Part shown: positions 1-9,590 of the stretch, one piece after another | How the letters are laid out: every line of letters begins with the position of its first letter | Numbering within the stretch: the stretch's first letter is position 1 | Assembly: GCA_963707025.1 (NCBI GenBank) | Contig: CAVPOM010000016.1 | Location: forward strand, 64,001-128,000 | DNA length: 64,000 bases | Direction: 5' to 3' | DNA from: an uncultured Verrucomicrobiae bacterium | Lineage (GTDB): Bacteria > Verrucomicrobiota > Verrucomicrobiia > Limisphaerales > Palsa-1400 | Position numbers and translations under genes: made by a program | The notes under the pieces: model-generated | Databases searched by the model: none | Seen by the model: only the letters and a program-made list of their open reading frames with translations | Told to the model about the DNA's origin: nothing

Positions 1-605
1 TCGACAAGGGTTATGTGGACTTCGGCCACTTGCGGGATTTGGACGGGCGCGGGGTCTTTTGGGTGACGCGGGCCAAGGAGAACATGGGCTATGAGGTGGT
101 GCGGAAAATGCCCGCCTCCAGAGACCCGAAGATTTTGCGCGACGAAGTGATCGTCCTGAGCAACGAGAACAAACCCGCGCCGGAGTTGATGCGCCGGGTG
201 GTGGCGCTGGTCGAGATTGATGGAGAGGAACGGGAAATGACCTTCCTGACCAACAACCTGGAGTGGAGTCCGCGCAGCGTGGCCGACCTTTACCGCTGCC
301 GCTGGCAGATCGAAGTCTTCTTCAAACAAATCAAGCAGACCTTGCAGTTGGCGGATTTTCTGGGCCACAACGCCAACGCCGTGCGCTGGCAGGTGTGGAC
401 GGCGCTGTTGACCTACGTGCTGTTGCGCTACCTCAGTCACCTCTCCAACTGGGCGCACAGCTTCACCCGGCTGTTCACGATTTTGCGGGCGGCGCTCTGG
501 GAGAAATATGATCTGCTCAATTTGCTGGCGTGCTATGGGACAGCAGGCGGCAGCTTTCGCCACTTGGCGCGGCCCGAGCAGGCGTATTTCCCCGGCTTCC
601 AATAA
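1..605 (+). CDS. IS4-family DDE transposase, C-terminal part
   Basis: DKGY and YRCRWQIEVFFKQIKQ (YREK) motifs; identical to 16251-17480. Confidence 0.92.
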   Translation, partial: DKGYVDFGHLRDLDGRGVFWVTRAKENMGYEVVRKMPASRDPKILRDEVIVLSNENKPAPELMRRVVALVEIDGEEREMTFLTNNLEWSPRSVADLYRCRWQIEVFFKQIKQTLQLADFLGHNANAVRWQVWTALLTYVLLRYLSHLSNWAHSFTRLFTILRAALWEKYDLLNLLACYGTAGGSFRHLARPEQAYFPGFQ

Positions 606-758
606 AGCTATGGGACAGCACACGCGCCCAAACAGGCGCATACCAAACCCAAAAGCCAAACTCGGAAAAATCAAAATCTCATTTTACCCCGAAGACCAAT
701 TAAACCCTTGCAAATGAACAGGTCAGCACCAGACTTTTCCCCTTATGAGACGGGTGTG
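1..758 (+). mobile_element. IS4-family element, copy 1 (left part outside window)
   Basis: Sequence identical to the 3' half of the copy at 16183-17633; ends in the same terminus ...CCTTATGAGACGGGTGTG at 758. Confidence 0.92.
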
Positions 759-930
759 AAAATTTACTTTGAAGTAAATCGTTATCTAGTTGGTGGGGGA
801 ACAGAATCGTATATTGGTTGAGGGGCGTATAATCGAGGCACTGCTTCCTGTCCTTCAGGAACTTGAACAGGGTTGGAAAGCGAGCTTTGAGCAGAAATTC
901 AGTCGTGGAAACGATGAGGTATTTGTTCAT
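759..930 (-). pseudogene. Low-GC hypothetical gene whose 3' part is cut by IS4 copy 1
   Basis: ATG-started ORF (MNKYLIVSTTEF...) reads into the IS4 end at 758 and follows ORF 988-1581 on the same strand. Confidence 0.4.
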
Positions 931-987
931 AATTCATGCTGGGAATCAGACGCCAAAAAGCGGGGAGATGTCAAGCGTTGAGCGCCA

Positions 988-1581
988 TCATTCTTTTGGC
1001 GTGTTCTTGATCCGAAATGAATCGGTGACGGAGAGGACTTTTTTGATGTCGCTGTCCTTTGGGTTCTGAATTTCGAGCCATCCCACGCCTTCTTGGACAT
1101 ACAAGATCGAACGCCTGCGACTTTTCAGAAACTCCCGTAAAAGGCCGACGATCAAAGCGACGGTGGCTGATTGAAACATGGCAAGTTCGATCAAATCCGT
1201 AACATCCTTGGAGTTGGCCGCCTCAAACCCGCGCTCGCACACAATACCCATGCTGGACGCCAGTTGCATAATCTCAACAACATCGTCTTTGGAGGCGGAT
1301 ATGTGCGGCGAAAGCTCTGAGGCCAACAGAGCGGCCTCCGATGCGGCAGAGTGCCACTTCTTTACGAAGGCGACCTTGAGCACGTCCGGGTGGTCATTCA
1401 CGTATTCAAAAAACCACGCGAGCATCCCGTCCCACTTTTGCCAGTCACCTTTGGGAAAAAGATGCCAGCCGAGTTGCGCCAGCGTCCGATCTCCCTTCTC
1501 GAAATTGTGGAGCGCCGATGTTGTGAACCAATTGGACTCATCGTTCTTGCCTCCCGCCGCTTGGGCTTCGCCGTGGTCAAC
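988..1581 (-). pseudogene. 5'-truncated HNH-endonuclease-like protein with hydrophobic C-terminal module
   Basis: VDH...GG..DESNW.TTS..HN.EKGD resembles an HNH motif; ORF begins exactly at the IS3 terminus (1582); C-terminal hydrophobic helix ATVALIVGLL followed by basic RRR. Confidence 0.55.
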
Positions 1582-1819
1582 TGAGGTGGACCCCATCCTT
1601 TAGACCACGGAGCGCATGAAATAAGCGCGACTTTTGCCGATTGCTGTCATTACTAATTGTAGTTGACTACTGTTCATTCCGTGTTTCAAAACCCTTTCGA
1701 AAAGAGAGAACGAGCGATGCGGAGCACTGCCCGTCCTCCCTCTCCGTTTTCTTAGGGTTCTCAACTCTACCGCCGCAGGCGGTCTGATTTCAAGCCTTTT
1801 CCTGCCGCCTGCCTCTCTG

Positions 1820-2674
1820 TCAAGTGCTGCGATCGCTCCTGCCTCTGGCAGGTTGCATCGCTTCCCATTTGGCCGGTTGGGCTCCATGCGTGCCGGGATC
1901 AAAATACGCGTCCGCCGGCGTCGCATAGCCCAACGCCTGGTGCGGTCGTTCCCGGTTGTAGCCGTCAAACCACCGGCCCAGTCCGCGCCCTGCCGCCAAC
2001 CCGTCGCCATAGTCTTGCAAATAAATGTCCTCATACTTGGCGCTCCGCCACAGCCGCTCGATAAACCGGTTGTCCATCCAGCGACCCCGTCCGTCCATGC
2101 TCACGTCCACCCCCGCCGATTCCACCGCATCGATAAACATCGGGGAGGTGAACTGCGATCCCTGGTCGGTATTGGAAATCAACGGCGCCTGACGCCCCGC
2201 CCGCAACGCCGCCTCCCAAGCGTCCACACAAAAGTCCGCCTCCAACGTGTTGCTCAAGCGCCATCCCAGCACGTAACGACTCCACCAATCCATCACCGCC
2301 ACCAAATACATAAACCCAGTTGCCATAGGCACATACGTAATGTCCGAACACCAAACCTGATCCGGTCCCGTCACTGCCAAATTGCGTAACAGATACGGAT
2401 AAATCTGGTGCCCCATCTCCCGCAGACTCGTCTTGGGCTTGGCGTAAATCGCCTCGATCCCCATCAACCGCAGCAGCCGCACCACCCGTTTGCGATTGAT
2501 GGTCAAACCCTCCCGGCGCAACAGCACGGTCAGTTTGCGGCTGCCATAAACCGGGTGGTCCAAATGCATCTGGTCCAACCGCCGCATCAGCGCCAGGTTC
2601 TCCTCTGTCTCCGGACAGCACTGGTAATAATAACTGCCACGGCACACCGCCAGCAGCTCGCACTGGCGCCGCAC
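1820..2674 (-). CDS. IS3 OrfB DDE integrase-type transposase
   Basis: YGSRK, W.SDITY, NTDQGSQFT, DN.FIERLWRS.KYE and YN.ERPHQALGY.TP motifs. Confidence 0.93.
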   Translation of the reverse strand: MRRQCELLAVCRGSYYYQCCPETEENLALMRRLDQMHLDHPVYGSRKLTVLLRREGLTINRKRVVRLLRLMGIEAIYAKPKTSLREMGHQIYPYLLRNLAVTGPDQVWCSDITYVPMATGFMYLVAVMDWWSRYVLGWRLSNTLEADFCVDAWEAALRAGRQAPLISNTDQGSQFTSPMFIDAVESAGVDVSMDGRGRWMDNRFIERLWRSAKYEDIYLQDYGDGLAAGRGLGRWFDGYNRERPHQALGYATPADAYFDPGTHGAQPAKWEAMQPARGRSDRST

Positions 2675-2706
2675 GCTGAGCTGCGGATCGGGAGCGATTA
2701 AACATG

Positions 2707-2997
2707 TTAAAGCCCCAGTTGCCTGGACTTTTTTTTAAGCCAGTCCAAGTCCACCGTCAGTTGGCCAATCTTCTCATGCAGTTGGGCAATCAACTGTTCC
2801 TGATCCTCCGTGCGGGGTTGCCCGGGCTCAAACAATTCGGGCATGTGATCCCGAATCGTCGCCCGCCACTGCGTGACCTGCGCCGGATGCACCGCATACT
2901 CTCGCGCCAATTGCGCGACCGTCTTCAGCCCCACCAGGGCTTCGAATCCCACTTTGGCCTTGAAGGCCGCACTGTGTCTTTTCCGTTTTGCTTTCAT
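2707..2997 (-). CDS. IS3 OrfA HTH protein
   Basis: RKRHSAAFKAKV, LAREYAVHP.Q...W and DWLKKK motifs; A8G run at the end is a typical -1 frameshift signal. Confidence 0.9.
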   Translation of the reverse strand: MKAKRKRHSAAFKAKVGFEALVGLKTVAQLAREYAVHPAQVTQWRATIRDHMPELFEPGQPRTEDQEQLIAQLHEKIGQLTVDLDWLKKKSRQLGL

Positions 2998-3075
2998 AAG
3001 TCTGCTCTTTCTTATCTACAGCAAACCGGCAAAAATCGAAACTTACCTGTGGTCTAAAAATAGGGGTCCAGCTCA

Positions 3076-3146
3076 CCGATCACCGCTGGACAATTGAGGA
3101 ACTCGTTGAAAAAGCCACGTCAGCAACAATCCGTTAGTACACCACC
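3076..3146 (+). pseudogene. C-terminal remnant and probable right end of an IS1-family transposase element
   Basis: Reads DHRWTIEELVEKATSATIR* (stop 3135-3137), resembling DHVWTVAELLAG* at the end of the 12111-13139 transposase; followed by TACACCACC (reverse complement GGTGGTGTA, IS1-like end). Confidence 0.6.
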
Positions 3147-3323
3147 CAAGTTGGGCAAATCGTCTGATAAAGGTTGACTTGCCAAAGTTGAACTTGCCAA
3201 GTTTTAATATGTCGGCGGCGCCGGGGAACCGTAACCAGTCCAGCTTTTATGCCGAAAAACGGCCATTCATTGAGTTCCCTGTCTCCGGGTTCGTTTTGCT
3301 TCTGGTCATAGTATGATTAAATT

Positions 3324-3890
3324 TCAGACCCGGAGCGAGGCACGGAAGCCCCTGCCACCGAAGTAAGACTCCGCGCCATTGTGATAGATGAAGACACGGC
3401 CAAAACGGCGATCACCAAAAATGGCGCCGCCTAGTTTTCTGACATCCGCAGGTGTTTTGAGCCAGCTTGACGATTTCGTATCGAAAGCCCCGAGTTTCTG
3501 CAACTCGTGGTATTGTTCTTCGGTCAAAAGCTCGGTGCCCATGGCTGTGGCCACACCCACGGCGCTGTTTTTCGGCTTATGTTCCTTCCTGGAATCCAGC
3601 GCCTCCCGGTCGTAACAAAAATTATTGCGGCCTTGGGGAGTTTCCGGTGAACAATCAAAAAAGATGCATTCGCCGGTTTTTGCATCGTGACCAACTACAT
3701 CCGGTTCGCCACCGGTTTTTTCCATTTCATTAAGCGACCACAGTTTGTCAGGATTAGCTTCCAGCCTGGCTTGCATCTTCGCCCAGGCCACACCTTTGTG
3801 GCGGTTCATGTTTTGCTCGAAACGGGCTTGCAGGGCGCGGAGGAGTTTCTCGCGTTGTTCCGGAGACATTTCCTTTTTGTTGTTATTCAT
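3324..3890 (-). CDS. DUF4256 domain protein
   Basis: LWSLNEMEKTGGEPDVV, CYDREAL.SRKE.KP and YHNGAESY..RGFR motifs. Confidence 0.85.
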   Translation of the reverse strand: MNNNKKEMSPEQREKLLRALQARFEQNMNRHKGVAWAKMQARLEANPDKLWSLNEMEKTGGEPDVVGHDAKTGECIFFDCSPETPQGRNNFCYDREALDSRKEHKPKNSAVGVATAMGTELLTEEQYHELQKLGAFDTKSSSWLKTPADVRKLGGAIFGDRRFGRVFIYHNGAESYFGGRGFRASLRV

Positions 3891-4029
3891 GGTGTTCGCA
3901 TATGGGATTCAAGTGCCTTGGGCTATTTTGCTCAAGCATTTCCATCAATCCGTCGGCGGGACGCCGACGGCCGCGGGCGAGAGGTTCGCTCCCCGTGCAG
4001 GGAATTCTGGATGGCTTCGCCATGAAGCG

Positions 4030-4494
4030 CTATTTTAGTTTGCCAGCCACCGCCTGTAAACGGTTATGTGCCATATTGATGCCCTGCGGCATCCCTATTT
4101 TCAGCACCTGATCGCGGTGGGCGACTGATTCATAGATGACGTGCATGTTGAGTCTGCTGGTGTCGTCGGTGAGTCGCTCAAAGTGCAGGAATTCAAGCTG
4201 GACGCCAAATGGGGTGTTTTCCATTTCAAAGGTGCGGGTGATTTTCTGGTTCGGGGTGAACTGATGGATGACCCCGTTGAACGCGTATTTGTTTCCTTTC
4301 GGATCGGTTGTTTCAAATTGGTAACTGCCGTGCTTCTTGCATTCGAGTTTGAGCACTTTGGTTCCCATCCATTGCTCCACCAGGCCGGGATCCTCGTGCG
4401 CCTTGAAAAGCAATTCCAAGGGCAGATCAAACTCCCTGGTGATGAGCACTTCTTGCTTGCCGTCTTGGGCATCGATTTTTGTTTTGTGTTCCAT
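4030..4494 (-). CDS. SRPBCC (AHSA1-like) domain protein
   Basis: ITREFDLP.ELLFKA...P.LVEQWMG; lies directly downstream of the ArsR gene. Confidence 0.85.
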   Translation of the reverse strand: MEHKTKIDAQDGKQEVLITREFDLPLELLFKAHEDPGLVEQWMGTKVLKLECKKHGSYQFETTDPKGNKYAFNGVIHQFTPNQKITRTFEMENTPFGVQLEFLHFERLTDDTSRLNMHVIYESVAHRDQVLKIGMPQGINMAHNRLQAVAGKLK

Positions 4495-4500
4495 ATCGTT

Positions 4501-4824
4501 TTATTTCTTGGTTTTGACTGCTTTCATTATTGTTTCCAGTTTATTGAACCGGTCGTCCCACACTTTGCGGAACGGTTCGATAAAGTCGGCGACTTTATTC
4601 ATTTGTTTGGCATTGATGTGATAGTAAATTTCCCGGCCGTTTTGCATTGGTGTGAGCAATTCGCACTCGGCCAGGATTTGGATGTGCTTGGAAACTGTCT
4701 GGCGTGAAGATTTGAAATTGTCGGCAATGGCGCCCGGCGTCAAGGCCTGCACCGCGAGCAGGGTGAGAATGGCCCTCCGGGTCGGGTCGGAGATGCCTTG
4801 AAAAACGTCTCTTCTGGATTGCAT
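4501..4824 (-). CDS. ArsR/SmtB-family transcriptional regulator
   Basis: [29 protein letters not shown] and GREIYY motifs. Confidence 0.92.
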   Translation of the reverse strand: MQSRRDVFQGISDPTRRAILTLLAVQALTPGAIADNFKSSRQTVSKHIQILAECELLTPMQNGREIYYHINAKQMNKVADFIEPFRKVWDDRFNKLETIMKAVKTKK

Positions 4825-4870
4825 TATGCAGTTATCTGACTGCGAATATATATGCAGTTATGTGACTGCG
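4825..4870. promoter_or_regulatory. Tandem palindromic operator pair, probable ArsR autoregulatory site
   Basis: TATGCAGTTATCTGACTGCG (4825-4844) and TATGCAGTTATGTGACTGCG (4851-4870) immediately upstream of the ArsR start. Confidence 0.7.
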
Positions 4871-5135
4871 CAAGTGTTTTTTTGAACTTTTTTAGGGGAA
4901 CGGGTTTCAGATGTAAAAAACCATAATCTAAGAGGAGGCGGCGTGGTTGATTGGCGAGCTTTACACAGTCGTCGTGGCGCTGCTGATAGCGCCCGGAAAA
5001 GGCTTGCAAAATCGCGGGGAAAGTAACAAAGTCAAGAAAGGCCTGCGTCGGTCGTGGGCTGCTAACCCAAAAGGCGAATCCCGATTGAGTTTATGGCTGA
5101 TCAGGATGTTTGGGCTACGCCAGAAGGACCGTTCA

Positions 5136-5345
5136 AAGGGGTCAAAGCGGTCAGACCATAGCTTTGTCCAATAAAATGCGTAATAGCCTGCAAATCATGG
5201 AGTTATGGATTGGTCTATACAGGGCCACTTTACCCTCTCACCATGACGCCCGTGCCATGCCAGCACCCTGAGAAACCACGCCCCAACGGCCTTCCGCCGC
5301 ACTTCCTGGCATTCAGCCTTTAGCCTTTAGCCTTTAGCCTTTCCT
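5136..5345 (+). repeat. ~200-bp dispersed non-coding repeat, copy 1
   Basis: Clearly alignable to 19525-19712 (GGTCAGACCATAGCTTTGT...CCCTGAGAAACC.CGCCCCAACGGCCTTCCGCCGC...TTTAGCCTTT). Confidence 0.85.
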
Positions 5346-6172
5346 CCGCCGCCCCTCCCCTCCGTGTCCTCCGTGTGCTCCTGTTCAAAACCCTTGGTTC
5401 CTCCTGTCCGTGAAGGCGAAATGATGCGCGAGGTTCGCGGGCGCGCCAGACAAACCAGCAAATGGGACAGGGCCATTCCACTAATTGGACAACCGCAGCA
5501 GAGCAAGCTCAAAAATGAATTATGGATGCGTCAGCGATTGACGCTGGATCAAGCAGTCTCAAATTCGGCCTGTGCAGCGAGGATATCCGGCATTTTTGCC
5601 ATAGGGGTGAGCAAAAGCGAAGCCTCGCGATGCACTTGCGGAAATTCGGAATTGGCAAGCCTCTCCAGTCAAATCAATTGATTCTGTCTTCTCCGTCTCT
5701 CTGGCTCCCAAATGGCTAAAACGCCCCGCAGGGATGGCATGGCTGCTGCTCCTGAAAACCGAGCGGCGCAGAACTTCCGGGCGAAGCCCATGGCAAAGCG
5801 ATGGATTTGCGACGGAATGCTCCGGTTTATGAACACCATCTTGCATGGTTTAAGCGGACTGAAGGTCGCAACTGGGTTGCTTCCGGCAACACTGGCGGCG
5901 CTCTTTTTATTATATTGCCATCTCTTCTGGAAACGAATCTCCCCTGATTATTCCCAGTCCTCTCGATCCGCACGGACTAAAGGCGCTTTTGGCATGCCTG
6001 GCGACGCGATGGAACAGCCCATTCTTAGAGAATCGGCATGAAAGCGCCCGCATGGAAAATGGCCCTCCTGCACTCGAGCTGAAAGAACCAAGTCGAATTA
6101 GACCGTCCGCGGCGCAGCGCGGTTTGGCATGTTGCGGCCCCTGGTCTCAAAAACAGTGTTCGTCTCGCCTGC

Positions 6173-7078
6173 ATGGCGGCCCTCTGCCTTGTGAGTTCTT
6201 TTGCCGCTGCCCAGATCAATCAACCCATCACGCTTTCGGAAGACCCGAGTGACGCCGACTGGATGTCCTCCCGAGCCGGAGAGTGGAGGATGGGGATTTC
6301 ATCCGAGTACTCCTCGGTGGGGGCCGGCGCCGTCAATTTCAACGGCATCAAGGGCTATTCCGGCCTGCAAGAAGTTGACACCCGTTCCATATCCGAAGCT
6401 CCGCTGTACAAAGACTGGTTCGTTCCTTTCGGCCTTGTTTTGCGCAACCTTTCCCTCGGCCCCGTCCCTGGCGCGCCGATCCCCAGCGACATCAATACGC
6501 TCGGCGTCAAATCCGGCCTGGGCTATCACTTGAATGATGATTGGACGATTACCGGTTCCATCGGGTCGCGCTTTTACCGTCTGGATGCGGTGGATAGCAG
6601 CGGCATCGGCGTTGGGCGCTCCGTGCGGGCGACTTACCAGTGGGCACCCAATCTGACGCTCACCTTGGGCCTGGCCGTGGATCCGAACCGCGACCTGCCA
6701 ATTCTGCCGCTGGGCGGCTTGAGATGGGGCATTCGGAGCAACCTCACTTTGAATCTGACTTTTCCAAGATCAGGACTGGTTTACCGGCCCAGTGCCAATC
6801 TGAAGCTCATGGCGGGCTTTGACGGCGATTTCGCTGTCTTCCGCGCTCAGAACAATTTAGGGGACAACATTGGAATGCCGCAATACAACAACGGGTTGGG
6901 AACCTATCGCGAATTCCGCCTCGGTGCGGGCGCCGAATATCGGATTAAGGGCGGGTTTTCGGCCTCCATCAAAGGCGGCTATTCGTTCGACCGTCAACTC
7001 GACTACCAGCGAATTGGCCAGACTGTGAATTTCGGCTCCGCTCTTTTTATTCAGGCCGGGTTGAAATATCATTTTTGA
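6173..7078 (+). CDS. Outer-membrane beta-barrel protein (DUF6268-like)
   Basis: Signal-peptide-like N-terminus, alternating amphipathic strands, PILP.GGL.W motif, C-terminal aromatic AGLKYHF. Confidence 0.7.
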   Translation: MAALCLVSSFAAAQINQPITLSEDPSDADWMSSRAGEWRMGISSEYSSVGAGAVNFNGIKGYSGLQEVDTRSISEAPLYKDWFVPFGLVLRNLSLGPVPGAPIPSDINTLGVKSGLGYHLNDDWTITGSIGSRFYRLDAVDSSGIGVGRSVRATYQWAPNLTLTLGLAVDPNRDLPILPLGGLRWGIRSNLTLNLTFPRSGLVYRPSANLKLMAGFDGDFAVFRAQNNLGDNIGMPQYNNGLGTYREFRLGAGAEYRIKGGFSASIKGGYSFDRQLDYQRIGQTVNFGSALFIQAGLKYHF

Positions 7079-7424
7079 CCAGGCCAGGGAGCCTTTTCTG
7101 TCTCAGGATTACAAACGACTTATTCTGGGGCCTTGTGATTGTGAAGGCGTCAAGCCCGGAAAGCTCCACTGAAGGAGGAAGGCCCGGCGACGGTGGATGC
7201 CCTCCGCTCCTTTCACTCTTCACCATTCTAAATTCACAATTCTTCACTCCGGGGCTTGACAAAAATTAGAACCTATGGTTGAATCCTCAGCGTGAGACAC
7301 GTAGGCAGAGTCCAACGCCGCTTCCGGGAGAAGGCGGCCAGCGCAGGCGCGGCGGGCGGGGAGAAATCGCCGGCGCGTTGTCAGGCGCGCCAACCCCGAA
7401 ATGGAGGGCGGCCCGTTCGAGTTG

Positions 7425-7482
7425 TTTTCACCTGGTTTCACCTAATTTCACCTAATTTCACCTGGTTTCAGCTAGTTTCACT
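7425..7482. repeat. 10-bp tandem repeat (TTTCACCTRR)n
   Basis: TTTCACCTGG TTTCACCTAA TTTCACCTAA TTTCACCTGG TTTCAGCTAG TTTCAC. Confidence 0.85.
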
Positions 7483-7692
7483 TCCCGGACATGGGGGGGC
7501 CAGGCAGCCAACCGCTTTTCTTCCCGGGACGAACACAATTCCCACAGGATTTTTTACCATCCCGATGGAATCGGGAGATCACACGGATCAGGACGACATC
7601 ACTCCACCACTCCAGCACTCCACCCCCCCCATCGCTCCCTTCCGTGGCGTCCCCATCGTGCCCAATCGTGCCTAATCAAGGTGTTTTTTAAT

Positions 7693-8196
7693 ATGGACCC
7701 ATGCAACCCAAGCCCGGATTTCGCCAGGAAGATTCTGTCCGCCGCTGACCTGCCCGCCTGGCGCGAAGAACTGCGCCGCCGCGGAGGGAAATTGGTCGCG
7801 ACCAACGGCTGTTTTGATCTGTTGCACCTTGGCCATGTCAGTTATTTGCAACAGGCCCGCCGCCTGGGCGATGCCCTCCTGGTCGGCCTGACCAGCGACG
7901 CCCAGGTCCGCCAGCTCAAAGGCCCCGGACGCCCCGTCAACCGCCAGGCCGACCGCGCCGCCGTGGTGGCGGCGCTGGAATCGGTGGACGCCGTCTTCGT
8001 CTTTCCCGAGCGGGACGCGCGCCATTTCCTGGAAGCCGTCCGGCCCGACATTTATGCCAAAGGCGGCGATTACACGCTGGACACCATCAACCAGGACGAG
8101 CGGCGCCTGCTGGAAAAGATGGGCGTCAAAATCGTCATTCTCCCCGCCGTCCCCGGCCAATCCACCAGTGCGACGCTGCGCCAGTTGAAAGTTTGA
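7693..8196 (+). CDS. rfaE2: Stand-alone RfaE-II/HldC-type heptose-1-phosphate adenylyltransferase
   Basis: TNGCFDLLHLGH (HxGH), GPGRP.N...R and PDIYAKGGDY...STS motifs. Confidence 0.85.
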   Translation: MDPCNPSPDFARKILSAADLPAWREELRRRGGKLVATNGCFDLLHLGHVSYLQQARRLGDALLVGLTSDAQVRQLKGPGRPVNRQADRAAVVAALESVDAVFVFPERDARHFLEAVRPDIYAKGGDYTLDTINQDERRLLEKMGVKIVILPAVPGQSTSATLRQLKV

Positions 8197-8226
8197 CGTT
8201 TCTCGCCGCACGACTAAACTTACCCC

Positions 8227-8565
8227 ATGCCATCCGACATCTTCCAGGCCAGCCGTTGGACCAGCGGCAATCATTTGTTCCCCACGGTCGTCGAGGTCAC
8301 CGACAAATCGGTCATGCGCCGCAAGCGTGCCTGGTTCAATGTGGATGAAATGAGCATCACCATTTCCAAAGTCGCCTCCATCCACATCAAAACGGGAATT
8401 CTCTGGTCCAAAATTCTCATCGAATCCAGCGGGGGGAGCGATCCGATGGCCAGCCACGGCCACACCAAGGCCGACGCCCGCCGCATCAAGGATTTGATTG
8501 AAAGCTATCAACATCGCGGCCCCGCCGGGCCGGCCCCGGATTCTTCCCCTGCCTCGCAATCTTAA
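8227..8565 (+). CDS. Bacterial PH-domain-like small protein
   Basis: ASRWT.GN.LFP, E.SI.ISK.ASI.I.TGILWS.I.IES.GG pattern; TTGACG-N16-TAAACT promoter 6 nt upstream of ATG. Confidence 0.65.
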   Translation: MPSDIFQASRWTSGNHLFPTVVEVTDKSVMRRKRAWFNVDEMSITISKVASIHIKTGILWSKILIESSGGSDPMASHGHTKADARRIKDLIESYQHRGPAGPAPDSSPASQS

Positions 8566-8672
8566 TCCTAATCTTAATCATAATCCCATCTTCCACTTGG
8601 CCTTCCCCACTGGCGGAAAGAGATTAAGATGACGATTAAGATGAAGATGACGATCACGATTATGATGATGGA
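8556..8672. repeat. Inverted pair of hexamer arrays (TAATCT)n ... (AGATTA/GATGAC)n
   Basis: AATCTTAATCCTAATCTTAATCATAATC then GATTAAGATGACGATTAAGATGAAGATGACGAT; same family at 10191-10218 and 53243-53325. Confidence 0.75.
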
Positions 8673-8747
8673 GCAGGACCCGCATCCCGGCGCGATTAGA
8701 TCATCCCCCGCATTGACTTGTCGGCGCGCCGAGTTCATATTATGGCA

Positions 8748-9509
8748 ATGAGCTTTGACATTTCACCGCTCCTGGACCAGTGGGATTATCAGCCCGGCCA
8801 GCTTGTGGTCAGGAAATTCTTCGGCAAGGACGGCTTGGAGAAAATACAGTTGCGCGTGGACCTGGGCCTGTTGCAAATGAACGCCCAGGGCCGCCCCGAC
8901 GGCAAGCATCCCTACGGGCGCGAATCCCTCCTGGAATTTTACCAGGCGCAAATGGAAAAATTTCAAAAGGAGCGGCGGGGCGATGAAAAGAGCTTCCGGC
9001 TTTCCCCGGAGGATTGCGGGCGGCTGCAGCAGGAGGCCCTCCAGTATCATCACCGTTACATCTGCCTGTTCCAATTGGAGGAATTCGACGCCGTGCTGCG
9101 CGACACGGAACGGAACCTCAAGGTCTTTGATTTTGTGCAGCAGCACGCCGGCACGGAGGAGAGCGCCTGGGCTTTGCAACAGTTTCGCCCCCAGCTTTTG
9201 ATGATGCGCATTCGCGCCCGCGGCGCCATCGCCCTCAAGCTCAATCACTACGATCAAGTCCTGCAACTGGTCGAGAGCGGCCTGGAGGAATTGCGCCAGT
9301 TTTACCGCGAACACGAGCGGACGGACTTGCTGGAGCAAAGCGGCGAGATTCAATCCCTCGAAGCCTGGTTGCAGGAAATCCAGGCCAAACGGCCCCTCTC
9401 CCCGCGCGAACGGCTGGAAAGCGCCCTCAGCGAAGCCGTCAAAAACGAGGATTACGAAAAAGCCGCCCAGGTGCGGGACGCCTTGCGCAATTTGCAGACG
9501 GAAAAATGA
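8748..9509 (+). CDS. Conserved protein with C-terminal UvrB/UvrC motif
   Basis: IQLRVDLGLLQM..GRPDG.HP and EALQYHHRY motifs; C-terminal L.EAV..EDYEKAA.VRD.LR. Confidence 0.8.
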   Translation: MSFDISPLLDQWDYQPGQLVVRKFFGKDGLEKIQLRVDLGLLQMNAQGRPDGKHPYGRESLLEFYQAQMEKFQKERRGDEKSFRLSPEDCGRLQQEALQYHHRYICLFQLEEFDAVLRDTERNLKVFDFVQQHAGTEESAWALQQFRPQLLMMRIRARGAIALKLNHYDQVLQLVESGLEELRQFYREHERTDLLEQSGEIQSLEAWLQEIQAKRPLSPRERLESALSEAVKNEDYEKAAQVRDALRNLQTEK

Positions 9510-9590
9510 CGGTCAGGCCATCCGTCTGGCTGGCCAGGGCAGGCCCTCCCCCGCCCGCCAAGCAACGGAGCGGTTGCCGCCGGCACACCC

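Larger units (their letters stand above)
1582..3075 (-). mobile_element. IS3-family element, copy 1 (no target duplication)
   Basis: TG...CA ends; 27-bp imperfect IRs TGAGGTGGACCCCATCCTTTAGACCAC / TGAGCTGGACCCCTATTTTTAGACCAC; flanks AAC / CCG do not match. Confidence 0.93.

Noticed and set aside
5364..6041. Short ORFs upstream of the beta-barrel gene
   Set aside because: No recognisable motifs and mutually overlapping frames; cannot support any of them
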